Shown: positions 32,151 through 45,509 of the stretch, piece after piece
Position numbering within the stretch: the first letter of the stretch is position 1
Layout of the letters: the number at the start of each line of letters is the position of its first letter
Origin: Octopus vulgaris
Lineage: Eukaryota
DNA length: 64,000 bases
Reading direction: 5' to 3'
Assembly: GCA_951406725.2 (NCBI GenBank)
Contig: OX597841.1
Location: 4,650,001-4,714,000, forward strand
Position numbers and translations under genes: made by a program
The notes under the pieces: model-generated
The model's database searches: none
What the model was told of the DNA's origin: nothing
What the model saw: only the letters and a program-made list of their open reading frames with translations

Positions 32151-32829
32151 GCCGCTGACAGATTGGGGCCCGTGAAAATCAGAGCACACAAGAGGGTGGG
32201 AACCTGCGTGACTGAACTGAAGAAAAAAGAAAAAAAGTTAAAAAAAAGGAAAAAAAGCAACAAGGCACTGCATTGATTTGGAAGCGTGATTGAGGTCTTT
32301 TGATGTTCCCTATTTAAAATCCTTCTTTCTATTCCAGATCTGAAGCCAAGATGTTTTCAGATCTTTCTGAGAATCCGTTCTTTTCATCGTTGTTATATTC
32401 TCTCTTCATCCGCCTGTGTACAGCTCGTGGGTTAGAATCAAACCAGTGGTCAGTGCTGGCTAGTTCAAGTGGTCATTTTTAGATAACGGAGTTTTTCACT
32501 TAACGACTGGAGTTTGTAGTTTGAAGTTAAAAATTTCCCCTCAAGAGTTTCGGCTATATAAATATATACATATAATGTGTATGCATGTATAAATGTGTAG
32601 GTATATATATATATATATATTTATGCTTGCATATGTATATATGTATATATGTGTAGGTATATATATTTATGCATGCATATGTATGTATATAATATATATA
32701 TGCATGTATGTATATAACTAAAGTACATAATATACATAATATATATATATATATATGTATATATGTACGTTTATATATATGTGTGTGTGTGTATGAGTGT
32801 GTATACTAACTTTGGACGTAATATATATA

Positions 32830-32910
<81 letters not shown>

Positions 32911-33005
32911 TTAAAATAGGATAAAATCTATAAGAATTTATCAAGTAGTTAGCCTGAAAAACCTCATAAGAGTAAAATCATAAAAGAAAAACCTCATAAG
33001 TGAAA

Positions 33006-33057
<52 letters not shown>

Positions 33058-33138
33058 CCATATGTGTATATATATATATATGTATGTGCATATAAACATA
33101 TATATATATACGGAAATGTATGTATGTATATATGTATG

Positions 33139-33211
<73 letters not shown>

Positions 33212-33642
33212 ATGTGTATGTATACAAATATGTAAATATATATATATGTATGTATGTATGTATGCATGTATGTATGTATGTATGTATGTATGTATGTATG
33301 TATGTATGTATGTATGTATGTATGCATGCATGTATGTATCTGTTTAAATATATATATATATATATAGGTCGAAAGATAAAAAGACAGACAGAGAGAGACA
33401 GACACATGCATATATACAACGGCATATATTTATACACATACACCTCTATGTTTGTATATCTATATGTGCACGTATATACATTGTATCTCTGTATTTGTGA
33501 ATGGATAGGTTTTATATTGTAATGAATAAATTAGATTTTAAAAATACTTGCTAGAGTAAATGGGCGTATGAGTGTATAGGTATGCGTGTTGGTAAAGTAG
33601 TGTAGTATGTATATAATTATCGAACCCAGGACTTATTCTCTG

Positions 33643-34079
33643 TAAGCTTAGTACTTATTTCTTTATTGCCCACAAGGGGCTAAACATAGAGGACACAAAC
33701 GAGGACAGACAAAGGGATTAAGTCGATTGCATCAACTCCAGTACTTCATTTAATCGATCCCGAAAGGGTGAAAGGCAAAGTCGACCTCGGCGGAATTTGA
33801 ACTCAGAACGTAACAGCAGACGAAATAACTATTTCTTTACTACCCACAAGGGGCTAAACACAGAGAGGACAAACAAGGACAGACAAACGGATTAAGTCGA
33901 TTATATCGACCCCAGTGCGTAACTGGTGCTTATTTAATCGATCCCGAAAGGATGAAAGCAAAGTCGACCTCGGCGGAATTTGAACTCAAAACGTAGCGGC
34001 GGACGAAATACTGCTACGCATTTCGCCCAGCGTGCTAACGTGTCTGCCAGCTCGCCGCCTTCTAAGCGTAGTACTTATT
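33643..34079 (-). mobile_element. SINE B dimer inside one TSD
   Basis: taagcKtagtacttatt at 33643-33659 and 34063-34079; the target is a SINE A fragment. Confidence 0.85.
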
Positions 34080-34635
34080 CTATCAGTATCTCTTATTTTG
34101 TCCCTTGGTTCAGTCATTTGAATGCGGCCATGCTGGAGCACCGACTTGAAGGGAGTTTTAGTCAAACAAATCGACACAAGGACTTATTCTTTTAAGTCTA
34201 GCACTTATTCTATTGGTTTCTTTTGTCGCGCGACCGCTAAGTTACGGAGACACACCAACACGAGTTGTCCAGCGGTGATAGTAGGGGAGGGAGACAAACA
34301 CCGACTCAAAGAAATCCACCCACATAAATACAAATATATATATATATGGTGTATTAGCCGGTGTTTTTCAAGCGATGAATAGCTTTGCATAAACTATGGT
34401 TCGCTTTGTTTTCTTACTTTATTATCATCTTATAATCATCTCATAATAATGACTTTTATGACTCTTATTACTACCTTAGTCAATCTAAATGTATATATTT
34501 GTCGTTACCTGTCATAAATAACCGTTTTTTTATTTGCAATGTGCATTTTCGTTGATTTTTCATATTTTACCCTTACATTTCCACGTGTATTTTATATTTT
34601 CTTTTTGTAACATATTTATACTGTGTAGATATGTG

Positions 34636-34701
<66 letters not shown>

Positions 34702-34907
34702 AATTGAGATAGGGGTTGTAAATGCAACCCTCTATGGGATAACATATATCCAATATACCGCTAGTGAAATACCCAACAAAGTTAATACATAAATGTTAAG
34801 AATTGCGATGCAATTAATTCATTTACTGTATTATATGGGCAAAGGTAAAATGTTTTACCACAAATTCATAATACAAAATAAGAAAATGGATGTATTTCTC
34901 CATTTTC

Positions 34908-34949
<42 letters not shown>

Positions 34950-35011
34950 ATAAAACGGTAAGATAACAAAAGAAAGAAAGAGACCTCAATATTATGTAAA
35001 TAGAGGAAATT

Positions 35012-35898
35012 TATCTATACAATATGTTACATTACTCGGTAGTCAAGATAAAACTCTGAGTTTCAGATGCCGAAGTGGAAATCCACAACACCATCTCTTC
35101 GGTTATCTGGCTATTTGAAAACGTTATGAAAAAATACCGTTAAAAATGAAGGGAAATTACTCTGTTATAACTCTGCTTTGCCTGCGTACTTATACATCGC
35201 TCGCATTTTTCGTCATAAAAATTATATAAAAATACATAAAAATATATAAAAATATATTCGACGAAGAAATACGTGGGCCTGACAGAGGGTAATTTCAAGG
35301 CCAGGTTCAATAACCACACTTTGAGCTTTAGGCACTGGAACAAAAGAAAAGCGACACAATTATCCAATCATATTTGGTCTTTAAGAGATAAAGGTGTCGA
35401 TTATAACATACAATGGAAGATTTTGGCCAGATGTAAGCCCTATACTAACGGCAGCGGAAGGTGCGGTTTATGCGACATGGAGAGATGGCTTATCTGGAAA
35501 AGCAGCTTAGACCCTACCACATGTCTAAATACAAGGACAGAGCTTTTCGGATCATGCCCACATGTGACTAAATTTCTGTTACGTTTTTGGTCCCCTAAAG
35601 AAAACGGATAGAACATGCTTTCTGTGTTATGTCCCAAGAAGATTTTTATATATTTTTATATATTTTTATATATTTTTATGTATTTTTATATAATTTTTAT
35701 GACGAAAAATGCGAGCGATGTATAAGTACGCAGGCAAAGCAGAGTTATAACAGAGTAATTTCCCTTCATTTTTAACGGTATTTTTTCATAACGTTTTCAA
35801 ATAGCCAGATAACCGAAGAGATGGTGTTGTGGATTTCCACTTCGGTATCTGAAACTCAGAGTTTTATCTTGACTACCGAGTAATGTAACATATTGTAT

Positions 35899-35903
<5 letters not shown>
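35012..35903 (+). mobile_element. Penelope-like element 3' fragment: GIY-YIG endonuclease C-terminal part between ~245-bp inverted repeats
   Basis: 35270-35611 encodes YVGLTEGNFKARFNNHTLSF...TQLSNHIW...CGLCDME...LNTRTELFGSCPH...KFLL (YIG motif, catalytic Arg/Glu/Asn positions, CxxC...CxH). Arms 35012-35257 and ~35658-35903 are near-perfect reverse complements. Confidence 0.88.
35807..35869 (+). ncRNA. Hammerhead-like motif in the Penelope repeat arm (antisense copy at 35046-35108)
   Basis: agataa-CCGAAGA-gatg...yatc t-GAA-ACTCaGAGT-T-ttatct: 6-bp stem I, U4C core, one extra base before GAAA. Confidence 0.65.
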
Positions 35904-35944
<41 letters not shown>

Positions 35945-36851
35945 TCTTTTATTCATACAATAAGTACCAGTTGCGTATTGGTGTTGGTGTAATTCACGTG
36001 TCTCACCCCCTCCCCAAGTTTGCTGGTCTTGTGCCAAAATCTGAAATAATTATTATTCGGTTTTAAAGCGGCGAAAGAGACACCGCAACATGGACGCAGC
36101 TCTGAGCTGAAACTAGAAAAAAAATCCGTCTTTATGTTCTGAGTTTAAATCCCGTCGGGGTCAAGTTTGTCTTTCATCCTTTCAAAATCGATGAAATAAG
36201 TACCTATTTCTTTACTACCCACAAGCGGCTAAACACAGAGAGTACAAACAAGGACAGATAAAGGGATAGGGATTAAGTCGATTACATCGACCCCAGTGCG
36301 TAACTGGTACTTAATTTATCGACCCCGAAAGGATGAAAGGCAAAGTCGACCTCGGCGGAATTCGAACTCAGAACGTAACGGCAGACGAAATACCGCTAAG
36401 CATTTCGTCCGGTGCGCTAACGTTTCGGCCAGCTCGATGAAATAAGTACCGATTGAGTACGGGGTGGGAGAGGTTAATGTAATCGAATAGCCTCCTGCCA
36501 TAACCTTTCAGGCCTTGTGTCCTATAATAGATAAACTTTTAAGGGTGATGAGCTGACAGATTCGTTAGTGTGCCGGACAAAATGCTTAGCAACATTTCTT
36601 CCGACTCTTTGAGTTCTCAGTGCAAACTCCGCCGGGGTCAAATATTTACCTCTCATTCTTTTGAGGTCGATAAAATAAAATACCAGTGATACACAGGGAT
36701 CATTTCAATCAATTAATACTCCGTCCTCCGGAATTGCTAACCTCTTGCCAAAATTTAAAACACTGCCAGAGGCAGTTTACACATCTCATTATATAACAAA
36801 CAAGGCACCAACGAGTGTATAGTAATTAATACAGCTTGTATTTATAACTTG

Positions 36852-37115
36852 TGGCCGTGTTGTTAAAGTGCTGCAGTCACAATCGCGAGATCCTGGTTTC
36901 AATTACTGACCCGGGCGTTGCATTGCGTTCTTGGGCAAAACACCCCATCTCACGTTGTTCTGCTATCACTTCGACAGCTGACGTATGGTACACTGTACAC
37001 CTGTTTCAGCCAACGTCGATTTGACGGAAAGAGTGAGCTAATGTAAAACGTATTCATTTGATCACTATAAATAAATCACTTGTGTGGGTTATTCAGTAAG
37101 AAATTTCAGAACCGT
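36852..37115 (+). mobile_element. Diverged tRNA-derived SINE
   Basis: tggccgtgttgttaaag...ggtttcaattac...ttcttgggcaaaacac...tcacgttg (D-like head, different tail). Confidence 0.55.
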
Positions 37116-37938
37116 TTTTTCTCGGAAAACCAGAGACACCATTATTATACTTTTATTATAATACATTTATTACAATAACAAACACTTCCTTTGACCGAAT
37201 TTTTCTCACAACATTCATATAACAGCAATTCACCACAAACGTGTGTTATATAATTTTATTGTTCGACACACAATCAAACCTGTATCCAGGCCTATTTTAT
37301 ATGTGGTGACATCACATTTAAAATTCCACCTAATCTGAAAAGTAAAGAAAAGTGCATCGACATGGTCTTTGATGTGGTAGAAACAGCCAAAATCTCCTTC
37401 GAACTTATTTATGTATGATGCAAAAGGGAAATCCCAACTCAGTCATTAAATCAATAAGGAATACCAGCCATGTATGTATGCACGTCTGTATATATCTCTC
37501 TTTCTCTCTTTTACTTGTTTCAGTCATTTGACTGCGGCCATGCTGGAGCACCGCCTTTAGTCGAGCAACTCGACCCCGGGACTTATTCTTTTTTTTTGTA
37601 AGCCCAGTACTTATTCTATCGGTCTATTTTTGCCGAGCTGCTAAGTGACGGGGACGTAAACACACCAGCAATGCTACGGGAACAAACAGAGACACACAAA
37701 CACACACACATACATATACATGTATATACATATATACGACAGGCGTCTTTCAGTTTCCGTCTACCAAATTCACTCACAAGGCATTGGTCGGCCCGGGGCT
37801 ATAGCAGAAGACACTTGCCCAAGATGCCACGCAGTGGGACTGAACCCGGAACCATGTGGTTGGTTAGCAAGCTACTTACCACACAGCCACTCCTGCGCCT
37901 ATGTGTGTATATATATAGATGTGTGTATATATATATAT

Positions 37939-37985
<47 letters not shown>

Positions 37986-38223
37986 CATACATACATACAT
38001 ACATACATACATACATACATACATACATACATACATACATACATACATACATACATACATACAGACATATATTTATTTATTTTTATATACAGTTTACATT
38101 TAAACACATAAGAGCTATCCGTCATAGGATTCCTGGCACGCTAGAAGGAACACCCAAAATCCAAACAACTATTAGGAATAAACTTCGAAGGGAATGAAAA
38201 ATGAAAACATTTACCATCTATCT

Positions 38224-38292
38224 CCTGGACCATGGTTTCTGACTTTTTTTAGCAAATAAAATAATTTGCTAGGCGAAGCGCTCATCAACAGG
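38224..38292 (-). ncRNA. Degenerate hammerhead-like motif
   Basis: Minus strand: cctg-TTGATGA-...tagcaaat/atttgcta...-GAA-ACCATGGT-C-cagg. Base of stem II is mismatched. Confidence 0.5.
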
Positions 38293-38428
38293 TACACCTA
38301 GATTAAACATATAAGTACGAGACAATCTAGCATGTACCCCGTGCTTATACATTATATAATTTTTCTACACGCTAAGCCACTGGTAGTAAAAGTTTCTAAA
38401 ACTTTTATTACCCTGATATTATTAATTA

Positions 38429-38462
<34 letters not shown>

Positions 38463-38522
38463 TTTATGAGAATTTACATATATAAACATACACATTTATG
38501 TATTTTTCTATGTGCGTATACT

Positions 38523-38603
<81 letters not shown>

Positions 38604-38714
38604 GTATATGTGTGTATGTATGTATGTAATATATATAAGTGTAAGTGTTATATATATATATATACACACACATAAGTATGTACGTATGTATGCATGCAGG
38701 TATGTTTGTATATA

Positions 38715-38753
<39 letters not shown>

Positions 38754-38759
<6 letters not shown>

Positions 38760-39002
38760 TTTATTTTAAGCAGCAGAAAATTCAACAAAATCTGTTACTC
38801 TGAGTTTCTCGTTGCCGTTCATCAGACAGTTTTTGCTAGAAAACAGTTTTTCTAGCAAAAACTGTCTGATGAACGGCAACGAGAAACTCAGAGTAACAGA
38901 TTTTGTTGAATTTTCTGCTGCTTAAAATAAAGCATATTACTCTACCACTGGTATTTGAGTACTCTTTTTTTCCACCTTGTTTCACATTTATGTGTTTACT
39001 CC

Positions 39003-39006
<4 letters not shown>
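38754..39006. mobile_element. Penelope-like terminal fragment: 184-bp palindrome (38754-38937) with a hammerhead motif in each arm
   Basis: + strand 38862-38899 ctgt-CTGATGA-acggcaacga-GAA-ACTCaGAGT-A-acag; mirror at 38792-38829. The tail 38940-39006 recurs in reverse at ~51603-51670. Confidence 0.7.
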
Positions 39007-39048
<42 letters not shown>

Positions 39049-39388
39049 TGCATGTATGTATGTATGCAGGTACGTCTCTACGTATACACACACACACACA
39101 CACACACACTCACACACACATGTAGACATCCAGTCACACCTACACGCAAGTGCATCTTCTCGTGTATTTATATATGTGAACGTATGCGTGTGTGTGTGTA
39201 CGCGCGTGCACGCGTATGCTAGTACGTCTGTATATTCAGGCAATTTTTCTTATTCAAACTTTCGTTAACACCCGTCTTGAATAATGGCTCTGTTGCTTAG
39301 GAGGAAGCAGCAAAAAAAGCAACACCGTCTCGCTCGAAGACAATGTCCATATTGTTCCTTGTGATATCTCAGCTATTTCTCACTTCAG

Positions 39389-39491
39389 ATGTTGAAATCT
39401 GTCCATTTGAAATTGCTATTAAACCTACAGATGTACATGAAGTCGTTTTTTGCTCTCCCTTCCTGAAATGCCCTACCCCCGTCCCTCACCG
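39389..39491 (+). CDS. Candidate second exon of the same gene
   Basis: Acceptor ttctcacttcag|AT is phase-1 compatible with the 2516 donor and reads (D)VEICPFEIAIKPTDVHEVVF..., loosely like vertebrate CERK D-ACSVPVSEIIAVEETDVH. The donor CCG|gtgtgt is weak. Confidence 0.3.
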
Positions 39492-39657
39492 GTGTGTCTC
39501 TAATAGGTGGTGGTGGTGGTGGTGGTGGTAGTTGTGGTTGTGGTGGTGGTTGTGGTGGGTGTTTTGTTGTAGTTGTTAGTGCTGACGTTGTTTCCTTGTC
39601 ATCGTTGCTGCCGTTGTTGTTGTCGTTTTATATTACATATAAATATATGCTTATACA

Positions 39658-39690
<33 letters not shown>

Positions 39691-40540
39691 GGTTATATGA
39701 TTTTGATTTTGATTTTTCCAGTTTCAGCTAATGAGCTGTGGCCATGCTGGGGCACCGCCATTTGGTTTGCTACACGATTTTACCTCACGGATGCTTTTTA
39801 GCAAACGCCATCTGATGCATATATATGTATATATATTTATATATATAATTATATATATATACCTATTTCTTTACTACCCACATGGGGCTAAACATAGAGG
39901 GGACAAACAAGGACAGACAAAGGGATTAAGTCGATTATATCGACCCAGTGCGTAACTGGTACTTTATTTATCGACCTCGGCGGAATTTGAACTCGGAACG
40001 TATGTGTATATATATACAGGAGTGGCTGTGTGGTAAGTAGCTTGCTAACCAACCACATTATTCCGGGTTCAGTCCCACTGCGTGGGATCTTGAGCAAGTG
40101 TCTTCTGCTATAGCCCCGGGCCGACCAATGCCTTGTGAGTGGATTTGGTAGACGGAAACTGAAAGAAGCCTGTCGTATATATATATATATATGTATGTGT
40201 ATGTGTGTTTGTGTGTCTGTGTTTGTCCCCCTAGCATTGCTTGACAACCGATGCTTGTGTGTTTACGTCCCCGTCACTTCGCGGTTCGGCAAAAGAGTCC
40301 GATAGAATAAGTACTCGGCTTACAAAGAATAAGTCCCGGGGTCGATTTGCTCGACTAAAGGCGGTGCTCCAGCATGGCCGCAGTCAAATAACTGAAACAA
40401 GTAAAAGAGAGAAAAGAGAAAGAGAGTATATATATATATATATATACAAGTTACGCACTGGGGTCGATATAATCGACTTAATCCCTTTGTCTGTCCTTGT
40501 TTGTCCCCTCTATCTTTAGCCCCTTGTGGGTAGTAAAGAA

Positions 40541-40627
<87 letters not shown>

Positions 40628-41018
40628 GGCGTGGCTGTGTGGTAAGACGCTTGCTTCTCAACTACACGGTTCCGGGTTCAGCCGGACTGCGTGGCACCGC
40701 AGACAAGTGTCTTCTACTTTAGTTTCGGGCTGACTAAATTACTTGTGAGTGGATTTGGTAGACGGCAACCGAAAATACGCCCGTCGTATGTTGTATATCT
40801 GTTCTTAAGTATGTGTCATTGTGTTTGTGTTTGTCCCCCCAACCCACCCCCTGCTTACGTGCCGTAACTTAGCAGTTCAACAAAAAAGCACAGATAAAAT
40901 GCGTGCCAGAAAAAAAAAAAGATAAGCATTGAGGTCGACACGATCGACTCAAAATTCTTCAAGGCGGTGCCACAGTATGGCCGCTGTCTGATGACTGAAA
41001 CGAGTAGATTATAAAACG

Positions 41019-41069
<51 letters not shown>

Positions 41070-41454
41070 CTGTGTGGTAAGTATCTTGCTAACCAACCAC
41101 ATGGTTCCGGGTTCAGTCCCACTGCGTGGCATCTTGGGCAAGTGTCTTCTACTATAGCCTCGGGCCGACCAAAGCCTTGTAAGTGGATTTGGTAGACGGA
41201 AACTGAAAGAAGCCTGTCGTATATATGTATATATATATATATGTTTGTGTGTCTGTGTTTGTCCCCCTAGCATTGCTTGACAACCGATGCTGGTGTGTTT
41301 ACGTCCCCGTCACTTAGCGGTTCGGCAAAAGAGGCCGATAGAATAAGTACTCGGCTTACAAAGAATAAGTCCCGGGGTCGATTTGCTCGACTAAAGGCGG
41401 TGCTCCAGCATGGCCGCAGTCAAATGACTGAAACAAGTAAAAGAGTAAAGAGTA

Positions 41455-41492
<38 letters not shown>

Positions 41493-41866
41493 TAAGTAGC
41501 TTGCTTACCAACCATATGGTTCCGGGTTCAGTCCCACTGCGTTGTACCTTGGGCAAGCGTCTTCTATAGCCTCGGGCCAACCAAAGCTTTGTGAGTGGAT
41601 TTGATAGACGGAAACTGAAAGAAGCCCGTCATGTGAGTGTGTGTGTGTGTTTGTGTGCTTGTCCCCTCCATCATCGCTTGACAACCGATGGTGGTGTGTT
41701 TACGTTCCCATAACTTAGCGGTACGGGAAAAAGAGACCGATAGAATAAGCACTAGGCTTACAAAGAATAAGTCCTGGGTTCGATTTGTTCAACTTAAGGC
41801 GATGCTCCAGCATGGCCACAGTCAAATGACTGAAACAAGTAAAAGAATAGAAGAATATATATATGC

Positions 41867-41909
<43 letters not shown>

Positions 41910-42217
41910 GATATGGATATATATACGTGTATGTGTGTATGTATATACATATATTGGTGTGTGTATATGTATATACACATACATATATATATATATATGT
42001 ATACACACACACGTATATATATATATACACACGTGTGTGTAAGTGCGTGTATAAAACAGTAGCGAATACAGCAACAAGAACAACACGAACAAGTGCCACG
42101 CCGTAAAATAAGACATGAAACAGATTTCAACATCGCACTAACCTACTCTCCTCCATCCCCCGCACCCCATTTCTCCCCCCCCCCACCGTCCCACTTGTAA
42201 GTCTTCCTCCACCTTTC

Positions 42218-42265
<48 letters not shown>

Positions 42266-42481
42266 TTCTTTCTTTCTTTCTTTGTTTTTTTTTTCTTTCT
42301 TCCAGAAAACATTATTCTTGAAATTTAAACAAAAACAGGATATTTGACGTAAGTGAAATATCTTAAATGTATTGTGTAACGGAGAATTAGTATATATGTA
42401 CGCGTGTGTGTATGTGTGTGTGTGTATACATATATATATATATATACACACACACACATACATGCATACACACGCATTGAA

Positions 42482-42516
<35 letters not shown>

Positions 42517-42554
42517 CACATATATATATATCTGTGTGAGTGAACTGTCTGCGA

Positions 42555-42603
<49 letters not shown>

Positions 42604-42609
42604 GTATGC

Positions 42610-42678
<69 letters not shown>

Positions 42679-43181
42679 TATATGTATATTATATATTATA
42701 TGTGTATATATACATGCACACATGTTAAGTGTATGCATTTAGATACATATATATGTACATATATATGTTATATATCATACATGCGTATATATACGTACAC
42801 AAATGCACGAATACATGTGTGTACATATGTGTGTGTGTGTGCGTGTACATAGCTACCGTGTGGAATGTAATTTGCAACGTTTTGAATAAAATCCTTCTTC
42901 AAGAGGAAGTTGACAGAATTCTTTCACATAGGTTGTGTTTGTGAGAAACTGGCTGCAACTGATGGTGAACGTACGACAAAGTAAGAGCTTGTCTACGACG
43001 ACAGAAAGTAGGAGGAGACAAAAATGAGAAAATAGTTGAAAGAGTGAGAGAGAAGGACGAAGCAATGAAAGGAAAGAAGAAGCAAGCGAGTGTGAAGTGG
43101 AGAGGAAAACGGACGTGAGATGGGAACTGAAGGATAAAAATTTAGTCATGAATTAAGGGAAGATGGTGGATTAGAAGGAGA

Positions 43182-43632
43182 AATTTCCTTAAACCTATTT
43201 GTTTACTACCCACAAGGGGCTAAACACAGAGAGGACAAACAAGGACAGATAAAGGGGTTAGGTCGATTACATCGACTCCAGTGCGTAACTGGTACTTAAT
43301 TTATCGACCCCGAAAGGATGAAAGGCAAAGTCGACCTCGGCGGAATTTGAACTCAGAACGTAACGGCAGACGAAATACCTATATCTTTACTACCCACAAG
43401 GGGCTAAACACAGAGGGGGACAAACAAGGACAGACAAACGGATTAAGTCGATTACATCGACTCCAGTGCGTAACTGGTACTTAATTTATCGACCCCGAAA
43501 GGATGAAAGGCAAAGTCGACCTCGGCTGAATTTGAACTCAGAACGTAGCGGCAGACGAAATACGGCTACGCATTTCGCCCAGCGTGCTAACGTTTCTGCC
43601 AGCTCGCCGCCTTTAATTTCCTTAAACCTATT
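43182..43632 (-). mobile_element. SINE B dimer inside one 18-bp TSD
   Basis: aatttccttaaacctatt at 43182-43199 and 43615-43632. Confidence 0.9.
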
Positions 43633-44717
43633 GGTGACATAACCCCAAGTTTGAATATGCAACACTGTTTCTTCCGCTTCCTTGAGTATCTGAACCTATG
43701 ATGTCTAGAGATGCTCCACACTGAAAAATGTATTATAGAATGTGGTGAAGTGGATGGTGACAGTTTGGCCTATGTTTAAAATGGGTTTCCGAAAGCGATT
43801 GGTAATACTATAGCCTATTTTCTAATACAAAGAGCGCCGCAAAGTTTGCAGATGAGGTAATATGTGAGGTTGGGTGATATGCAACAGAAGTTTTGGGTAA
43901 TGTGGTACTGCAACTTAGGCCCAGTGACGGTTGTAGAGTTCTCAACGTAGGTCCAGATGGTGCATTGTCGACGGCTGTACTTAAAAATGCCGAGCTGTGT
44001 ATGGTTGAGGGTTAGGAACTGTTGCTGAAATATTATTTTTTTTCTTCTTGTTTTTAAGGCGTGTGGTGCAGGAAAGATTAAAACTGTTGTGAGGTTAGAA
44101 ATTGGGGTTTGTAAGTTGTGGGGTCAGCGTGCCATTCAATAAGAGGTTGGACATGTGAAAGGTGAGCGAGAGTGGAATCAGGTTTATAAGTGCATGTAAG
44201 GACGGTAAGAAAGCAACGTTGTGATCAATGCTCTTGATCCGGCGGAGTGCAAGATGCACAACTGAAGCAGTTGTGGCGTTAAAAATTGAGGTGAGCGAGT
44301 GTGGAATCAGGTCTGTAGCTGCATATAAGGAAGGTGGGAAGGTAGTGAAGCGATCGATGCTCTTGGCCCGGCGGAATTTCAAGGTCCACAGTTGATCTAG
44401 GGTACCTTCGATTCAGGAAGAAATGCCACATTCCCTCCCACTGGGATTGGAAATTCTAATCAATGCCTTAGGGTTGGCAAAGAAGAAGAAATTAAGAGAA
44501 TAACAGCAAAGACAAGAGTGAGGGGTCATCAGGGTTGTAGTGGTCAGCGATGGGCTGGTGGATATTGCTGGTAGTAAAAGCAAAAATTCACTTCACAGTC
44601 ACATGATTTCAGGTTCTGTCCCACTGCGTGGCACCTGGGTGGCTTCTACATATACGATTTTATTAATACCTTCCACAGGGTCGCAGTCCAGTGACTGAAA
44701 GTAATAAAACCTGTAAA

Positions 44718-44761
<44 letters not shown>

Positions 44762-44986
44762 GCACACGCACATATAGACATACATATATACATGTACATA
44801 TATACACACACACATATATATATATGTATATATATATAGATATATATTTATACTTACACATACATATTTATATAGATATAGACATACGCACACACACGCA
44901 TTATGTATGTATGTATATATATATATATATACAATACACAAACGCTTGTACATACAAATACACAGACACACACGCATATATGTATG

Positions 44987-45057
<71 letters not shown>

Positions 45058-45270
45058 ATGTATGTATGTTTTGTATGTATATATGTAATGTATTGAAAAA
45101 GAATTACTATAAAACCTCTCTCTTAACATTCCAGAGTGTTTTGAAAGTTAGGCTTGGGACAAGGTGTCATATTCTGAACTTTGCATCGATAGCTGTATAT
45201 AATATGCAAACGCACACGCCCTCAGCCGCTCACACTCACTGCCCTTGTCTCTCTCTCTCACTCTCTCTCC

Positions 45271-45322
<52 letters not shown>

Positions 45323-45509
45323 GTCTTTCTCTTTCTCTGTATCACGCACACACACACACTCGCATTCATGCCATCCTGCACGCACACATACACAAAAAAA
45401 AAGTGCAAGCGCTTACACATGAGCAATAGACTCACATACAAACATCAGAACTAAGTACTTAATTATGAACAAACGCGTACGTCAGTATTAAGTCTGTTAA
45501 GCTTTGCAA

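Larger units (their letters stand above)
37500..41855. mobile_element. SINE A copies: 37500-37900 (-), 40017-40425, 40627-41010, 41067-41455, 41492-41855 (+)
   Basis: Sequence match; four consecutive + copies of differing divergence. Confidence 0.88.
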
